IMG/VR virus record: IMGVR_UViG_3300037249_000373
Coordinates: 2,876-66,875 of that record
DNA from: a virus
Taxonomy: Duplodnaviria; Caudoviricetes
Length of the DNA: 64,000 nucleotides
Strand: one strand, 5' to 3'
Shown here: one piece after another, positions 15,794 through 25,515 of the stretch
Numbering within the stretch: the first letter of the stretch is position 1
Layout: each line of letters starts with the position of its first letter
Made by a program: the position numbers and the translations under genes
Notes under the pieces: model-generated
Told to the model about the DNA's origin: nothing
Databases searched by the model: none
The model's input: the letters and a program-made list of their open reading frames with translations, nothing else

Positions 15794-17720
15794 TGGTAAA
15801 CCTGATAAACTGGTTTTAATAAAACCAAAACAGTTAGTAACAGATAAGATTAAACAATACTATGGAGATAACTTCATAGGATTGGATATACCCGATAATG
15901 GCAAAGCCAGAAAGGATTTTATAACAGACCTGAAAGAAACTATACCAGCAATAACAAAGTGCATTATATGTGCTGATACTGAAATGTTTAAAGCATTATG
16001 TCATGTAAAGAAGACAAGTGGATTAGATGGTATACCATGTAAAACAGATCTTGGTATCCCAGCATTTATTATGCCTAACTGGATTAGTGTTATATACAAC
16101 CCTGTAGAGGTACAGGCAAGATTAGGTTATATAAACCAAAAAATAAATGAATACTTAAATGGTACTTACAAGCAGATAGGAGATGATATTGTACATAGCT
16201 GTATATTTCCTAAGAACAGACTGGAAGTAAAACAGTTTTTAGCAAGTTTACATAATTACAATGCACTTACTTGTGATATAGAAACAGCAAGTAATCATTT
16301 TATTAATCTTGAACCAAAAGAAGAAGAGAAGTTTAAGAGTGCTACGCACCATTTCAGTAACAGATTGTATTCTATAGCATTTGCATGGGATAAACATAAT
16401 GGAGGTGCTTTCTTATATGCTAATGATTATAAAGATTTATTACTGGATTTCTTTAGAACCTATAAGGGTAAGGTAATTTATCATAATGCATCGTTTGATA
16501 TTACACAGTTAATATATCATCTGTTTATGCTGGATTTAGAAGACTATACCAATATGCTTACAGGATTGCATTGTATGTGCAGAGACATAGAAGATACTAT
16601 GCTGATAGCATACCTTGCAAAGAATAGCTGTAATAAGCCTGATATAGGTCTTAAGCCATTATCGCATGAATACAGCGGTAACTATGCAGAAGATGTATCT
16701 GATGTTACCAAAGTAGAACCAAAGAAATTACTTACATACAACCTTAAAGATGTTTTATCTACCTGGTTTGTATATGAAAAATACTATCCAAAGATGGTAG
16801 AAGATAATCAGGAAGAATTATATAAAACACTGTTTCTACCTAGTCTAAAGACTATCATTGAAACTCAATTAGTTGGTTTAAGAATTAAAAGAGATAAATT
16901 AAAAGAACTGTCTGATGAACTGCAAACCAAGTATGAATCATTACTTAATACAGTTAAGAATAATCCTAAAGTAAAACAGCTGGAGAAGATAACCAGAAGT
17001 GAATTATGCAGTAAATATAACAAAGAACATAAGAAGAAACAGAAGATACCAGATGATTTTACAAAAGAGAGTTTATTTAATCCAGGCAGTCCAAACCAGG
17101 TAGCAAGATTGTTATATGATTTATATGCATTACCTGTACTGGATTTAACTGATAAGGGCTGTCCAGCATGTGGTACTGATACAATTAATAAATTAATTAA
17201 TCATGCTAAAGATGATGAAACTAAAGAATTACTGGAAACACTTGCTAAATTAAGTGCTGTAAGTAAAATACTATCATCATTTATACCGGCATTCGATAGA
17301 ACACCTGTTATGAAAGATGGTACTAAAGGCTTATATGGTTCATTTAAACTTGGTGGTACTAAGTCAGGTAGACTTGCAAGTGCTAATCCTAACCTACAGA
17401 ATCTTCCTTCTACAGGAAGTCCTTATGCTAAACCAGTAAAGAAAATATTTGGTGCACCTAAAGGATATGTATTTATAGGTTCTGATTTCTCATCTCTTGA
17501 AGACCGTATAAGTGCATTAACTACTAGAGATCCCAATAAAGAACTTGTTTATTTAGAAGGATTTGATGGTCATTGTTTAAGAGCTTATTCATATTTTGGT
17601 AATCAAATGCCTGATATACATATGGCAGAGGAAGGGGATACTGTATATAAGGTAACACTCGATGATGGTACTGTTATTTACTGTAACGAAGAGGAATTAA
17701 AGGAATTACAAAATGATTAA
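15780..17720 (+). CDS. family A DNA polymerase, N-terminal part (3'-5' exonuclease to motif A)
   Basis: Exo 'TCDIETAS', 'YHNASFDI' and 'YNLKDV'; 'TKSGRLASANPNLQNLP'; motif A 'GSDFSSLEDR'; ends after 'GHCLRAYSYFGNQMPDI' without motifs B/C. Confidence 0.93.
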   Translation: MVVYSGKPDKLVLIKPKQLVTDKIKQYYGDNFIGLDIPDNGKARKDFITDLKETIPAITKCIICADTEMFKALCHVKKTSGLDGIPCKTDLGIPAFIMPNWISVIYNPVEVQARLGYINQKINEYLNGTYKQIGDDIVHSCIFPKNRLEVKQFLASLHNYNALTCDIETASNHFINLEPKEEEKFKSATHHFSNRLYSIAFAWDKHNGGAFLYANDYKDLLLDFFRTYKGKVIYHNASFDITQLIYHLFMLDLEDYTNMLTGLHCMCRDIEDTMLIAYLAKNSCNKPDIGLKPLSHEYSGNYAEDVSDVTKVEPKKLLTYNLKDVLSTWFVYEKYYPKMVEDNQEELYKTLFLPSLKTIIETQLVGLRIKRDKLKELSDELQTKYESLLNTVKNNPKVKQLEKITRSELCSKYNKEHKKKQKIPDDFTKESLFNPGSPNQVARLLYDLYALPVLDLTDKGCPACGTDTINKLINHAKDDETKELLETLAKLSAVSKILSSFIPAFDRTPVMKDGTKGLYGSFKLGGTKSGRLASANPNLQNLPSTGSPYAKPVKKIFGAPKGYVFIGSDFSSLEDRISALTTRDPNKELVYLEGFDGHCLRAYSYFGNQMPDIHMAEEGDTVYKVTLDDGTVIYCNEEELKELQND

Positions 17721-18426
17721 AGAATTAAAAGATGGCACTAAATGGATAAAAGCCAAATACTATGAGGGTGGAGACCTCAAAGGAATATGGACTGCTACAT
17801 TTAAGATAGATGGTATCAGATGTATAAGAGGTAGTGATGGAAAGATTTACTCAAGAGACAGTAAACCTTTAAAGCATACTGAATGTATGAAAGGTAATGA
17901 CTGTGAGTTCTACCATAAAAACTGGAATACATCTGTATCTATTCTTTCTACTGAAGAAGATACCATCATACCTACACCTGATATGTTCTATTCATTAGAT
18001 CCAATAGATAAGAGATTATATATAGGATTACTGGATAACCCTACAGAAACAGACATACATAACATGTTACTTAATGCTCTAACTATGGGTTATGAAGGTC
18101 TTGTATTAAGACAAAATTCTAAATGGTTAAAGGTAGTACCTGTTAAGTATGCTGATATATTCATACAGGATATAAAAGAAGGAGAAGGCAAGTATAAAGG
18201 CTTGGCTGGAAGTATTATTACTTCTCTTGGTTCTGTTGGTTCTTTTGAATTACAGGAAGGTATGACAGATAAGCAATTCAGAAAAGAACTACTGGATAAT
18301 AAAGCCAAGTACATAGGTAAGGTAGCACAAATAGGCTATAGAGAACTTACCTGTACAGGCAAATTTAAATTCCCTAAGCTTGCAAGGCTACGCCTTGATA
18401 AAGACTATGAGGATTTACCTGTATGA
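17713..18426 (+). CDS. minimal ATP-dependent DNA ligase
   Basis: Motif I 'FKIDGIR' (KxDGxR), 'SRD', motif IV 'GYEGLVLR', motif V 'WLKV', OB-fold tail 'GKFKFPK'. Confidence 0.85.
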   Translation: MIKELKDGTKWIKAKYYEGGDLKGIWTATFKIDGIRCIRGSDGKIYSRDSKPLKHTECMKGNDCEFYHKNWNTSVSILSTEEDTIIPTPDMFYSLDPIDKRLYIGLLDNPTETDIHNMLLNALTMGYEGLVLRQNSKWLKVVPVKYADIFIQDIKEGEGKYKGLAGSIITSLGSVGSFELQEGMTDKQFRKELLDNKAKYIGKVAQIGYRELTCTGKFKFPKLARLRLDKDYEDLPV

Positions 18427-18638
18427 AAGAGTATATACCACTGTTTAATGATCTCATAAGAGTTCATATGACTGAAAATAAAATTATTATTAAAAGAAAC
18501 CCGGAGATTAACTTCATTGAAATAGCTAATATCCTAAAAGGTATTGCTATAGAGCTGGAGTCTAAACAACCTGACTGGGATACAGCAATAATAGGAGTTA
18601 ACTATGAAGATAGAACAGACTACAGTGATGGAGTATAA
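18423..18638 (+). CDS. hypothetical protein (71 aa)
   Basis: GAGG RBS; ATGA overlap with the ligase stop. Confidence 0.65.
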   Translation: MKEYIPLFNDLIRVHMTENKIIIKRNPEINFIEIANILKGIAIELESKQPDWDTAIIGVNYEDRTDYSDGV

Positions 18639-19320
18639 CTTACATAAGATTAACTCAATTAAACAGAAATATCCTGAATTAAGACAGGCAAGTAAGCCTA
18701 TTACATTTGCTTTAACTTATTCAGGTACAGCCTATACGTTGCAGAAAGACCTTAACTTACCTGAAGAACAAGCCAAATTTGTTGAAAACAAATACCATGA
18801 ACTATATAAAGTAAGTGACAACTGGGTTAAGCAACATATAGATAAAGCCTGTAAAGATGGATATGTTACTTGTGCTTTTGGTTTAAGGCTTAGAACACCT
18901 TTAATTCAAAGAGCTATTATGGGAGATAAAAAAACACTTAAAGAGGCAAGAGCAGAGGCAAGAACTGCTGGTAATGCTCTTGGTCAATCATGGTGTTTGC
19001 TAACTAACAGAGCCCTTAATGAAGTAATGGAGATAGTATGGAACAGTGAACATGCTACAGATATACTGCCATGCTGTGCTATACATGACGCTTTGTATTT
19101 CTTCATTAAAGATGATATTGAGTTAATTTCCTGGTTTAACAAGGTATTGATTAAAGCAATGTCCTGGCAAGAAGATCCTGAGATACAGCATGACAGATTA
19201 AAACTTACAAGTAGTCTTGATATATTCTACCCAGACTGGGCTCATCCTATTGAACTACCAAACAATGCTAGTAAAGAAGATATTATAAAGGAAGTAACCA
19301 ATGCGAAAAGTAACCAATGA
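18604..19320 (+). CDS. family A DNA polymerase, C-terminal part (motifs B and C)
   Basis: AGGAG RBS; motif B 'LRQASKPITFALTYSG'; 'RTAGNALGQS'; motif C 'IHDALYF'. Confidence 0.93.
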   Translation: MKIEQTTVMEYNLHKINSIKQKYPELRQASKPITFALTYSGTAYTLQKDLNLPEEQAKFVENKYHELYKVSDNWVKQHIDKACKDGYVTCAFGLRLRTPLIQRAIMGDKKTLKEARAEARTAGNALGQSWCLLTNRALNEVMEIVWNSEHATDILPCCAIHDALYFFIKDDIELISWFNKVLIKAMSWQEDPEIQHDRLKLTSSLDIFYPDWAHPIELPNNASKEDIIKEVTNAKSNQ

Positions 19321-20275
19321 TTTAAAGATAGATAATGTTATTGCTACCTGGCTTGCAAGTAACTCATATAGCGGTAAAAAACCAGGTAAATGTATATCAG
19401 CTACATCATTACTTAAAAGTACTCAGCAACAGGTATTAAGTTATAGAGCACAGAACAGTGATGACATTATAGAAGTAGTAGATATAAGTACTCTGTTAAA
19501 ATCTCAGATAGGTACTGCTCTGCATAAGTCTATTCAGGATACATGGGAGAATAAAACATTGAGAGAGAATGGTTTATTGAACCTTGGAGTAAGTCCTAAA
19601 GATATAGCCAAAATTAAAGTAAATCCAGAGAATCCAGACCCTAATGACTATAACCTATTCTTTGAAAAAAGAGTAGAAAAAGAGTTTAAAGGATGGACTA
19701 TTACAGGTCAGTTTGACCTGGTTGCTAATGGCAATTTACATGATTTTAAATCTACCAGTACCTATACATATGTAAATAAAACCAAAGAGAAAGATTATAT
19801 TCTCCAGGGAAGTATTTATAGATGGCTTAATCCTGAATTAATTACAGGAGATTTATTAACTATTCATTATATATTTACAGACTGGAATAAAAACTACACT
19901 CTAAATAATTCTGATTATCCTAAGCATCCCTTTGTAAGTATTAAATTACCATTGATGTCTATACAAGAGATAGAAACATATATGAGTGATAAGATACTTG
20001 GTATTGAGAGATACTTGAATGAACCAGAATTACCTGAGTGTGACGCTAAGACACTTATGCTTGAAGAGGTATGGCAGTACTTTAGTTCTAATACAGCACT
20101 ACGTGCTTCAAAGAACTTTAATAATTTAATAGAAGCTAATGCTTATCTGTTAAGCAAAGGTGGTAAAGGAATTATTAAGAAAAAGGCTACAGAACCTAAA
20201 GGTTGTTCTTATTGTTCATATAGAGGTATCTGTAAACAGTATGCTAGGTTTCAACAAATGGGATTAGTAAAATGA
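19301..20275 (+). CDS. PD-(D/E)xK exonuclease with probable Fe-S cluster (Cas4/AddB-like; N4-type)
   Basis: 'GTALHK', 'GQFDL...HDFKST', cysteines 'PECD' and 'CSYCSYRGIC'. Confidence 0.8.
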   Translation: MRKVTNDLKIDNVIATWLASNSYSGKKPGKCISATSLLKSTQQQVLSYRAQNSDDIIEVVDISTLLKSQIGTALHKSIQDTWENKTLRENGLLNLGVSPKDIAKIKVNPENPDPNDYNLFFEKRVEKEFKGWTITGQFDLVANGNLHDFKSTSTYTYVNKTKEKDYILQGSIYRWLNPELITGDLLTIHYIFTDWNKNYTLNNSDYPKHPFVSIKLPLMSIQEIETYMSDKILGIERYLNEPELPECDAKTLMLEEVWQYFSSNTALRASKNFNNLIEANAYLLSKGGKGIIKKKATEPKGCSYCSYRGICKQYARFQQMGLVK

Positions 20276-22437
20276 TTGAAGAATTAATTAACAGTGCTCC
20301 ATATAATCCTACAATGGAGCGTATACTTGAAGTAATTGAAAAGAAGACAGGTAATAATTCACATAATTATTTTAGAATTGTTATATCATTCTATCTTACT
20401 CAACTTGCTTCTAATATGAGATGTAAAATCAAAGGTGCACTATATAACAATGTACCTATCAATATGTATGCATGTACTCTTATGCCTAGTGGTTCAGGTA
20501 AAGGACATAGCCAGGATATTATTGAATCACAGGTAGTAAATCAGTTTAGAGCAAGCTTTATTAACTCTACACTACCACAGTTAACTCAAACCAACTTGGA
20601 TAAACTTGCACAGCAAAAGAGTATCATTACAGGTATGCCTGTTGATGAGTGTTTAAATGCACTAACCAAAGAGTGTATGGAATATGGCAGTTTCCCATAT
20701 TCATTTGATAGTGCTACAGGTCCAGCATTTAAACAGGTAAGAGCCAAAGCACAACTATGTGGTGTAGGTGCATTATCGTTTATATGTGATGAAATAGGTT
20801 CTAATATATTAGCCAATCCTGAATTATTAGCTATTGGTTTGGAAGTATTTGACTTAGGTAAAACCAAGAGTAAATTAACCAAGGATAGTGCAACCAACAA
20901 AAGAACTGAATCAAGAGAAGATCCTGTACCTACTAATATGCTTTGGTTTGGTACACCTACAAAGCTACTTAATTCATCCAGAGAAGAAGATGAATTCTAT
21001 TCACAGCTACAGGCTGGATATGCACGTAGATTGTTCTACGGTGAGGGCGTTAAGACAAGTACCAAGTTTACATCAGGAAAAGAACTCAGAGATAGTCTGT
21101 TAACATGCAATGCAGATCAAACACTTCAAGATATATCAGATGACTTAGGTATTCTAGCAAGTCTGCAATTCTATAATAAAACATTATTATTAGGAGAATC
21201 AGAGGAAGAGTTAGTACTTGATTATAAGATATGGTGTGAAAACAGAGCAGAAGATTTATCTGACGAATCTACTGAGGCATTAAGAAAAGCAGAACTAAGT
21301 ACTAGATTTTGGAAAGCATTAAAGCTTGCTGGTGCTTATGCATTTATTGATAAATGTAATGTTATTGAAAAGAGACACCTACTAAGTGCATTTAAACTGG
21401 CAGAAGACAGTGGTAAATCATTTGAAAAGATAATGTATAGAGATCCTGATTTTGTCAAACTAGCCAAGTATGTAAGTAAAGCTGGTAAACCACTTACATT
21501 TGCAAGTCTTGCTGAATCGTTACCATTCTTTAAAGATAAGAATAAACAGGCATGTGATTATCTTATTACTTTGGCTTCTGCATGGGGATACGACAATGGT
21601 ATTGTACTAAAGTCATTTATGGTTAATAAAATACCATTCCTTGAAGGACAGAGACTTGAAGAAACAGACTTGGATAAGATTATTGTATCTGTATCAAATG
21701 ATATTACATATCATTATGATAACCAGGAAGTACCATGGAGCAAGATAGACAGATTTGGAGGTATTGATGGTATTAACTGGTGTACTCATCATTTCATGGC
21801 TGATAGTGCTAATCCAAGTATGGGTAACCACAGAAGTCAGAAATATGTAATACCAGCATTTAATCTTTTGGTTTTGGATATAGATCATAACTGTTCTATT
21901 GAATCAGCTCAGGAGATATTAAAGAAATATACTTATTGCTTATACACAACCAAAAGACATACGGATACAGAACCAAGATTCAGAATAATACTTCCTATGA
22001 AATATAAATTATTCCTTAATAAGGATGATTATTCAGCATTTATGACTAATGTATTTGAGTCTTTACCTTTCACTGGTTTAGATTCCCAGACAAAGGATAT
22101 ATCACGTAAATGGCTAACTAATAATGGTACTGTATATAGGAATGAAGGAGATTTGTTTGATCCTAGACCATATATACCTGATACATCACAGGATAAAGAA
22201 CGTAAAGAAAAGTTCAAGAACTATGGTGATGTAGATAATGTTACTCGCTGGTTCTTACAAAATACAGCAAATGGTAATAGAAATAACAATCTGTATAGAT
22301 ATGGAATGATGTTGCGAGATGTGGGCTACGCCCTCGATGAGGTTAAGTCCAAAATGACTGAACTTAATTCAAGACTGGAACAGCCATTAGACTTAGCAGA
22401 ATTAACAAACATATTTGACAGTGTATCGGTTAGTTAA
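20272..22437 (+). CDS. DNA primase(-helicase) (N4 gp43-like)
   Basis: P-loop 'SGSGKG'; AEP motifs 'LDID' and 'YTTKRH...PRFRIILP'; PriCT-like 'GNRNNNLYRYG'. Confidence 0.88.
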   Translation: MIEELINSAPYNPTMERILEVIEKKTGNNSHNYFRIVISFYLTQLASNMRCKIKGALYNNVPINMYACTLMPSGSGKGHSQDIIESQVVNQFRASFINSTLPQLTQTNLDKLAQQKSIITGMPVDECLNALTKECMEYGSFPYSFDSATGPAFKQVRAKAQLCGVGALSFICDEIGSNILANPELLAIGLEVFDLGKTKSKLTKDSATNKRTESREDPVPTNMLWFGTPTKLLNSSREEDEFYSQLQAGYARRLFYGEGVKTSTKFTSGKELRDSLLTCNADQTLQDISDDLGILASLQFYNKTLLLGESEEELVLDYKIWCENRAEDLSDESTEALRKAELSTRFWKALKLAGAYAFIDKCNVIEKRHLLSAFKLAEDSGKSFEKIMYRDPDFVKLAKYVSKAGKPLTFASLAESLPFFKDKNKQACDYLITLASAWGYDNGIVLKSFMVNKIPFLEGQRLEETDLDKIIVSVSNDITYHYDNQEVPWSKIDRFGGIDGINWCTHHFMADSANPSMGNHRSQKYVIPAFNLLVLDIDHNCSIESAQEILKKYTYCLYTTKRHTDTEPRFRIILPMKYKLFLNKDDYSAFMTNVFESLPFTGLDSQTKDISRKWLTNNGTVYRNEGDLFDPRPYIPDTSQDKERKEKFKNYGDVDNVTRWFLQNTANGNRNNNLYRYGMMLRDVGYALDEVKSKMTELNSRLEQPLDLAELTNIFDSVSVS

Positions 22438-22503
22438 CACCTTCTTTGATTGAGAGAGAATCAAAGTGACATGTTGGTGTGGTGCTTAAACCAAGGAGTC
22501 AAA

Positions 22504-22575
22504 ATGTTTGGTTTTATATTTAGATTGTGCCAATGCTTTATAGCAGTGTGCAGAATATTTAAAGTAAGATTTTAA
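22504..22575 (+). CDS. 23-aa hydrophobic/basic peptide (MFGFIFRLCQCFIAVCRIFKVRF); not in ORF track
   Basis: AAGGAG at 22493-22498; flanked by an upstream hairpin and a downstream terminator. Confidence 0.55.
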   Translation: MFGFIFRLCQCFIAVCRIFKVRF

Positions 22576-22604
22576 TGTTTAAGGTGAAAAAAGCACAATG
22601 ATTT

Positions 22605-22630
22605 AGAGTGTCCAATAGGGCACTCTTTTT
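22605..22630 (+). terminator. intrinsic terminator
   Basis: AGAGTGTCC-aata-GGGCACTCT plus T-run. Confidence 0.8.
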
Positions 22631-22649
22631 TATATGGAGAAATTAAAAA

Positions 22650-22997
22650 ATGTTATCAAGAGAAGAATTTATATCAAAATATATTAATGAATTAGCATTT
22701 AACTTTTTTAACAGTAATTACACCAATAGGGAGGAATTTATAAATGACCAATACAATGCATATATAAGAACAGAGAAAGTTAATAACATAAAACAAGGTG
22801 ATTTATTATCAGATGTACTACCTGAGATAGAGTACATAAGAGCTAAAGAGGTTATTAGCTATACCAGAGATTACTTAACTGTAAGATGTAATGTACATGC
22901 TAAAAGAGGTACTAAAGATCATACAGTAGAAGAACAAATATTAGATGGTTCTTTAAGAATAGCTACTGAAGATCTGTTAAAATATATTCATAGTTGA
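22650..22997 (+). CDS. hypothetical protein (115 aa)
   Basis: GGAG RBS. Confidence 0.65.
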   Translation: MLSREEFISKYINELAFNFFNSNYTNREEFINDQYNAYIRTEKVNNIKQGDLLSDVLPEIEYIRAKEVISYTRDYLTVRCNVHAKRGTKDHTVEEQILDGSLRIATEDLLKYIHS

Positions 22998-23047
22998 AAT
23001 TAAATAAAAATTAGTATCAAAGTAGAGGCTTTCTACAGGAGATAAAA

Positions 23048-23782
23048 ATGCCTAAAAGATTAGTTATGGTAGTTGGTCAATCAGCCAGTGGCAAGACTAG
23101 TTCACTTGCTGGTTTAACAGACCATGAAAAAGTACTTTATCTGGGTACTGAATCAGGTAAAGGAGTTAACTTTAAAAATAAATTTAAGAAAAAGGTTATC
23201 ACAGACCCGTTATCAGAAATGATAGGTGATAATTCTTATATCAGGCAAGCTGGAGCTCATCCTGATAAATTCAATACCATTGTTATTGATAGTCTTACAT
23301 TCCTTATGCGTATGTTTGAAGTAAAGTATGTAAAGACAGCATCAAATACAATGCAAGCCTGGGGCTTATATGGTGATTTCTTTGATAATTTACTTAATCA
23401 AGAAATACCTAAATTACCTCAGGACGTTATCATTACAGCGCATACAAGTGATGTTTATAATGATAAGGAAATGGTTACTGAAACAAGAGTTAAACTCAAA
23501 GGCTCAGTAATGAATATAGGAGTTGAGTCGTATTTCAATGACATTGTTGCCTGTAAGAAAATAGATCTAAAGGAACTTGAAAAGTACCAGAACGATTTAC
23601 TGCATATTACAGAAAATGATGAACTGCTGGGTTATAAGCATGTCTTACAGACACGTTTGACTAAAGAAACTCGTAATGAGCGTATTAGGTCAAACCCAGA
23701 CATGTGGGATATAAAAGAAACCTATATAGATGGAAATATACAATTAGTTTTAAATAGATTAAATGATTATTATGGAGATTAA
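23048..23782 (+). CDS. AAA_24-type P-loop ATPase (N4 gp44-like, Sak4-like)
   Basis: 'GQSASGKTSS', 'IVIDSLT', 'TAH'; position before SSB. Confidence 0.85.
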   Translation: MPKRLVMVVGQSASGKTSSLAGLTDHEKVLYLGTESGKGVNFKNKFKKKVITDPLSEMIGDNSYIRQAGAHPDKFNTIVIDSLTFLMRMFEVKYVKTASNTMQAWGLYGDFFDNLLNQEIPKLPQDVIITAHTSDVYNDKEMVTETRVKLKGSVMNIGVESYFNDIVACKKIDLKELEKYQNDLLHITENDELLGYKHVLQTRLTKETRNERIRSNPDMWDIKETYIDGNIQLVLNRLNDYYGD

Positions 23783-23788
23783 AAAATC

Positions 23789-24508
23789 ATGGAAAAATTA
23801 GATTTAAGTTTAGGTGCAAATGTAAACGCTAACGATTTATATACAGACTCTAACAAGTCATCAGTACTGGATACAGATTTATATGCTGGTTTACTTAAGT
23901 ATGTATATTTTACTACTGCTAAATCAGGTACTACTATGGCTAATGCTGTAGTTGAGATTAATGGTTTATCTAGAACATTCTCAATGTGCATTACATATAA
24001 AGATACCAAGAAACCAACAAAGGTAGAAAACGGTAAAACAAGTGTTATTCCTGGTTATAAGCAATTAAACTCTCTGGTTTATTGTGCATGTGGAAAGAAC
24101 CTGGATAATGTAGAACAAGAAGAAAAATCAATTCTTATACATGATTTCAAGAAGAATGAAGATGTACCTACTATGGTAATGACAATCAAAGATGTAATGA
24201 ATACCAAGGTAGGCGTAGGTATTAAGAAGGTATTAAAGCATAAAACAGCTTTAATTAATGGTAGCTATGTACCTACAACAGATACATATTATGCCAATGA
24301 GGTAGATAACTGGTATACAGCAGATGGCTTCTCAGCTAAAGAAAAAGTAACTGATTCTGAACCTGTTTCAGCTGTTAAATGGAAAGAGAAAAAAGGTCAA
24401 ATCTTTGAAGAAAAGCTTAAAGTAGCACCTATTGCACCACCTACACAGGCTACTGCTATGGCTCAGGCATCTTCTAAACCTGTAGCAAGCTTATTTGATG
24501 ATGAATAA
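23789..24508 (+). CDS. ssb: single-stranded DNA-binding protein (N4 gp45-like)
   Basis: Synteny after the gp44-like gene; 'TAKSGT' and 'IPGY' patterns; flexible tail ending 'SLFDDE'. Confidence 0.75.
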   Translation: MEKLDLSLGANVNANDLYTDSNKSSVLDTDLYAGLLKYVYFTTAKSGTTMANAVVEINGLSRTFSMCITYKDTKKPTKVENGKTSVIPGYKQLNSLVYCACGKNLDNVEQEEKSILIHDFKKNEDVPTMVMTIKDVMNTKVGVGIKKVLKHKTALINGSYVPTTDTYYANEVDNWYTADGFSAKEKVTDSEPVSAVKWKEKKGQIFEEKLKVAPIAPPTQATAMAQASSKPVASLFDDE

Positions 24509-24902
24509 TATAAAGCTTGAAATACCTTACTGGATTATTATTCCTAGAAAAACCAAAGAAGATAAGAGAGTGATATTGAATTTCAATCAGTATCATAAAT
24601 GGTGTCCAAACCAGAGGAATACATATAAACAATTATATCAAGATAGTTTATGTTCTATTCTTTCTGGTTTACCCCAAATAGCTTATATAGAGCTTATAGA
24701 GTATAAGCTCTTTTATGAGAGAAATGGCGATACGCCTGATACAAGGAATATTACCAATCTAATTGATAAATTCTTTTGTGATTCACTGGTTAAGTATGGA
24801 GTACTTATTGATGATAACCATAACATAATACATAGTACTATGGATATATGGGGTGGAGTAGATAAGAATAATCCAAGAATAGAAGTAACAATATCTTATT
24901 AA
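24495..24902 (+). CDS. RusA-like Holliday junction resolvase
   Basis: 'DTRNITNLIDKFFCDSLVKYGVLIDDN' and 'VDKNNPRIEVTI' match the RusA DxDNxxKxxxDxL...DD pattern. Confidence 0.8.
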   Translation: MMMNNIKLEIPYWIIIPRKTKEDKRVILNFNQYHKWCPNQRNTYKQLYQDSLCSILSGLPQIAYIELIEYKLFYERNGDTPDTRNITNLIDKFFCDSLVKYGVLIDDNHNIIHSTMDIWGGVDKNNPRIEVTISY

Positions 24903-24906
24903 TCAT

Positions 24907-24923
24907 AGGGCCCTACGGGCTCT
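24907..24923 (+). promoter_or_regulatory. TAC-loop hairpin (promoter and/or terminator)
   Basis: AGGGCCC-TAC-GGGCTCT followed by a T-rich tract. Confidence 0.55.
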
Positions 24924-24954
24924 TTTGGTTTTTATTATTATTTAAGGAATTGTT

Positions 24955-25158
24955 ATGAAAATTGCTTTATTACAAGGTTTATTATTAGGTTTATTAGCTT
25001 CTGGTTTATTTATTACTGCTATATGCATGTATACAAATAAGCCGGATGTTATTTTTAGTTACTCTACAGGTAAATGTGTAGAAGTAATAAATACAGATGG
25101 AAGTAAAGGTGACTGTAATAAGTTACCTGAAAAATATAATCATTACTGGAGTAAATAA
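24955..25158 (+). CDS. small membrane-anchored protein with two-Cys periplasmic module
   Basis: N-terminal TM; 'PDVIFSYSTGKCVEV...GDCNKLPEKYNHYWSK'; paralog at 7042-7255. Confidence 0.75.
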   Translation: MKIALLQGLLLGLLASGLFITAICMYTNKPDVIFSYSTGKCVEVINTDGSKGDCNKLPEKYNHYWSK

Positions 25159-25161
25159 ATT

Positions 25162-25410
25162 ATGAAAATTACATTGACTAAAAGTGAAGTTATTGAGATT
25201 GTTACTCAATATATGAAAAATAACATGGGTATTAATGGAGAAGTTAAGGGAGATACCCTTGATGGTTTATATGCCGAATTAACTATTGCAAATGCTAAGG
25301 AAGTTAAACCAGAACAAGAAGAAATCAAGAAAGAAGAAGAAAAAGAGGTGGTTAAAGAAGAACCACCTAAGAAAGATCAACCAGTTACTATTGCAAGTAT
25401 CTTTAGTTAA
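25162..25410 (+). CDS. hypothetical protein (82 aa)
   Basis: GGAG RBS; acidic low-complexity tail. Confidence 0.7.
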   Translation: MKITLTKSEVIEIVTQYMKNNMGINGEVKGDTLDGLYAELTIANAKEVKPEQEEIKKEEEKEVVKEEPPKKDQPVTIASIFS

Positions 25411-25515
25411 TATAAAATAACATTTTTATCTTTAAATTGAGAAGAGACGTAATTAGACCATTTCTGCATTACTTCTCTTCTTTCTTCCAAGTAGTTAGTT
25501 ATGAGACAAATCAGG

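Noticed and set aside
17720-18604. Group I/II intron or homing endonuclease as the cause of the polymerase split
   Set aside because: The insert is fully occupied by coupled ORFs with their own RBSs. It has no HNH/GIY-YIG/LAGLIDADG motif and no non-coding room for an intron core.
17570-18660. Functional split intein
   Set aside because: The Cys in 'GHCLRAY' is a conserved polymerase residue, the junction residue after MPDI is His, and the block-B and penultimate His are absent. Only a degenerate resemblance is reported.
19301-20275. Cas4 as evidence of a CRISPR locus
   Set aside because: No array or other cas genes are present. It is the usual PD-(D/E)xK exonuclease of the N4-type replication module.
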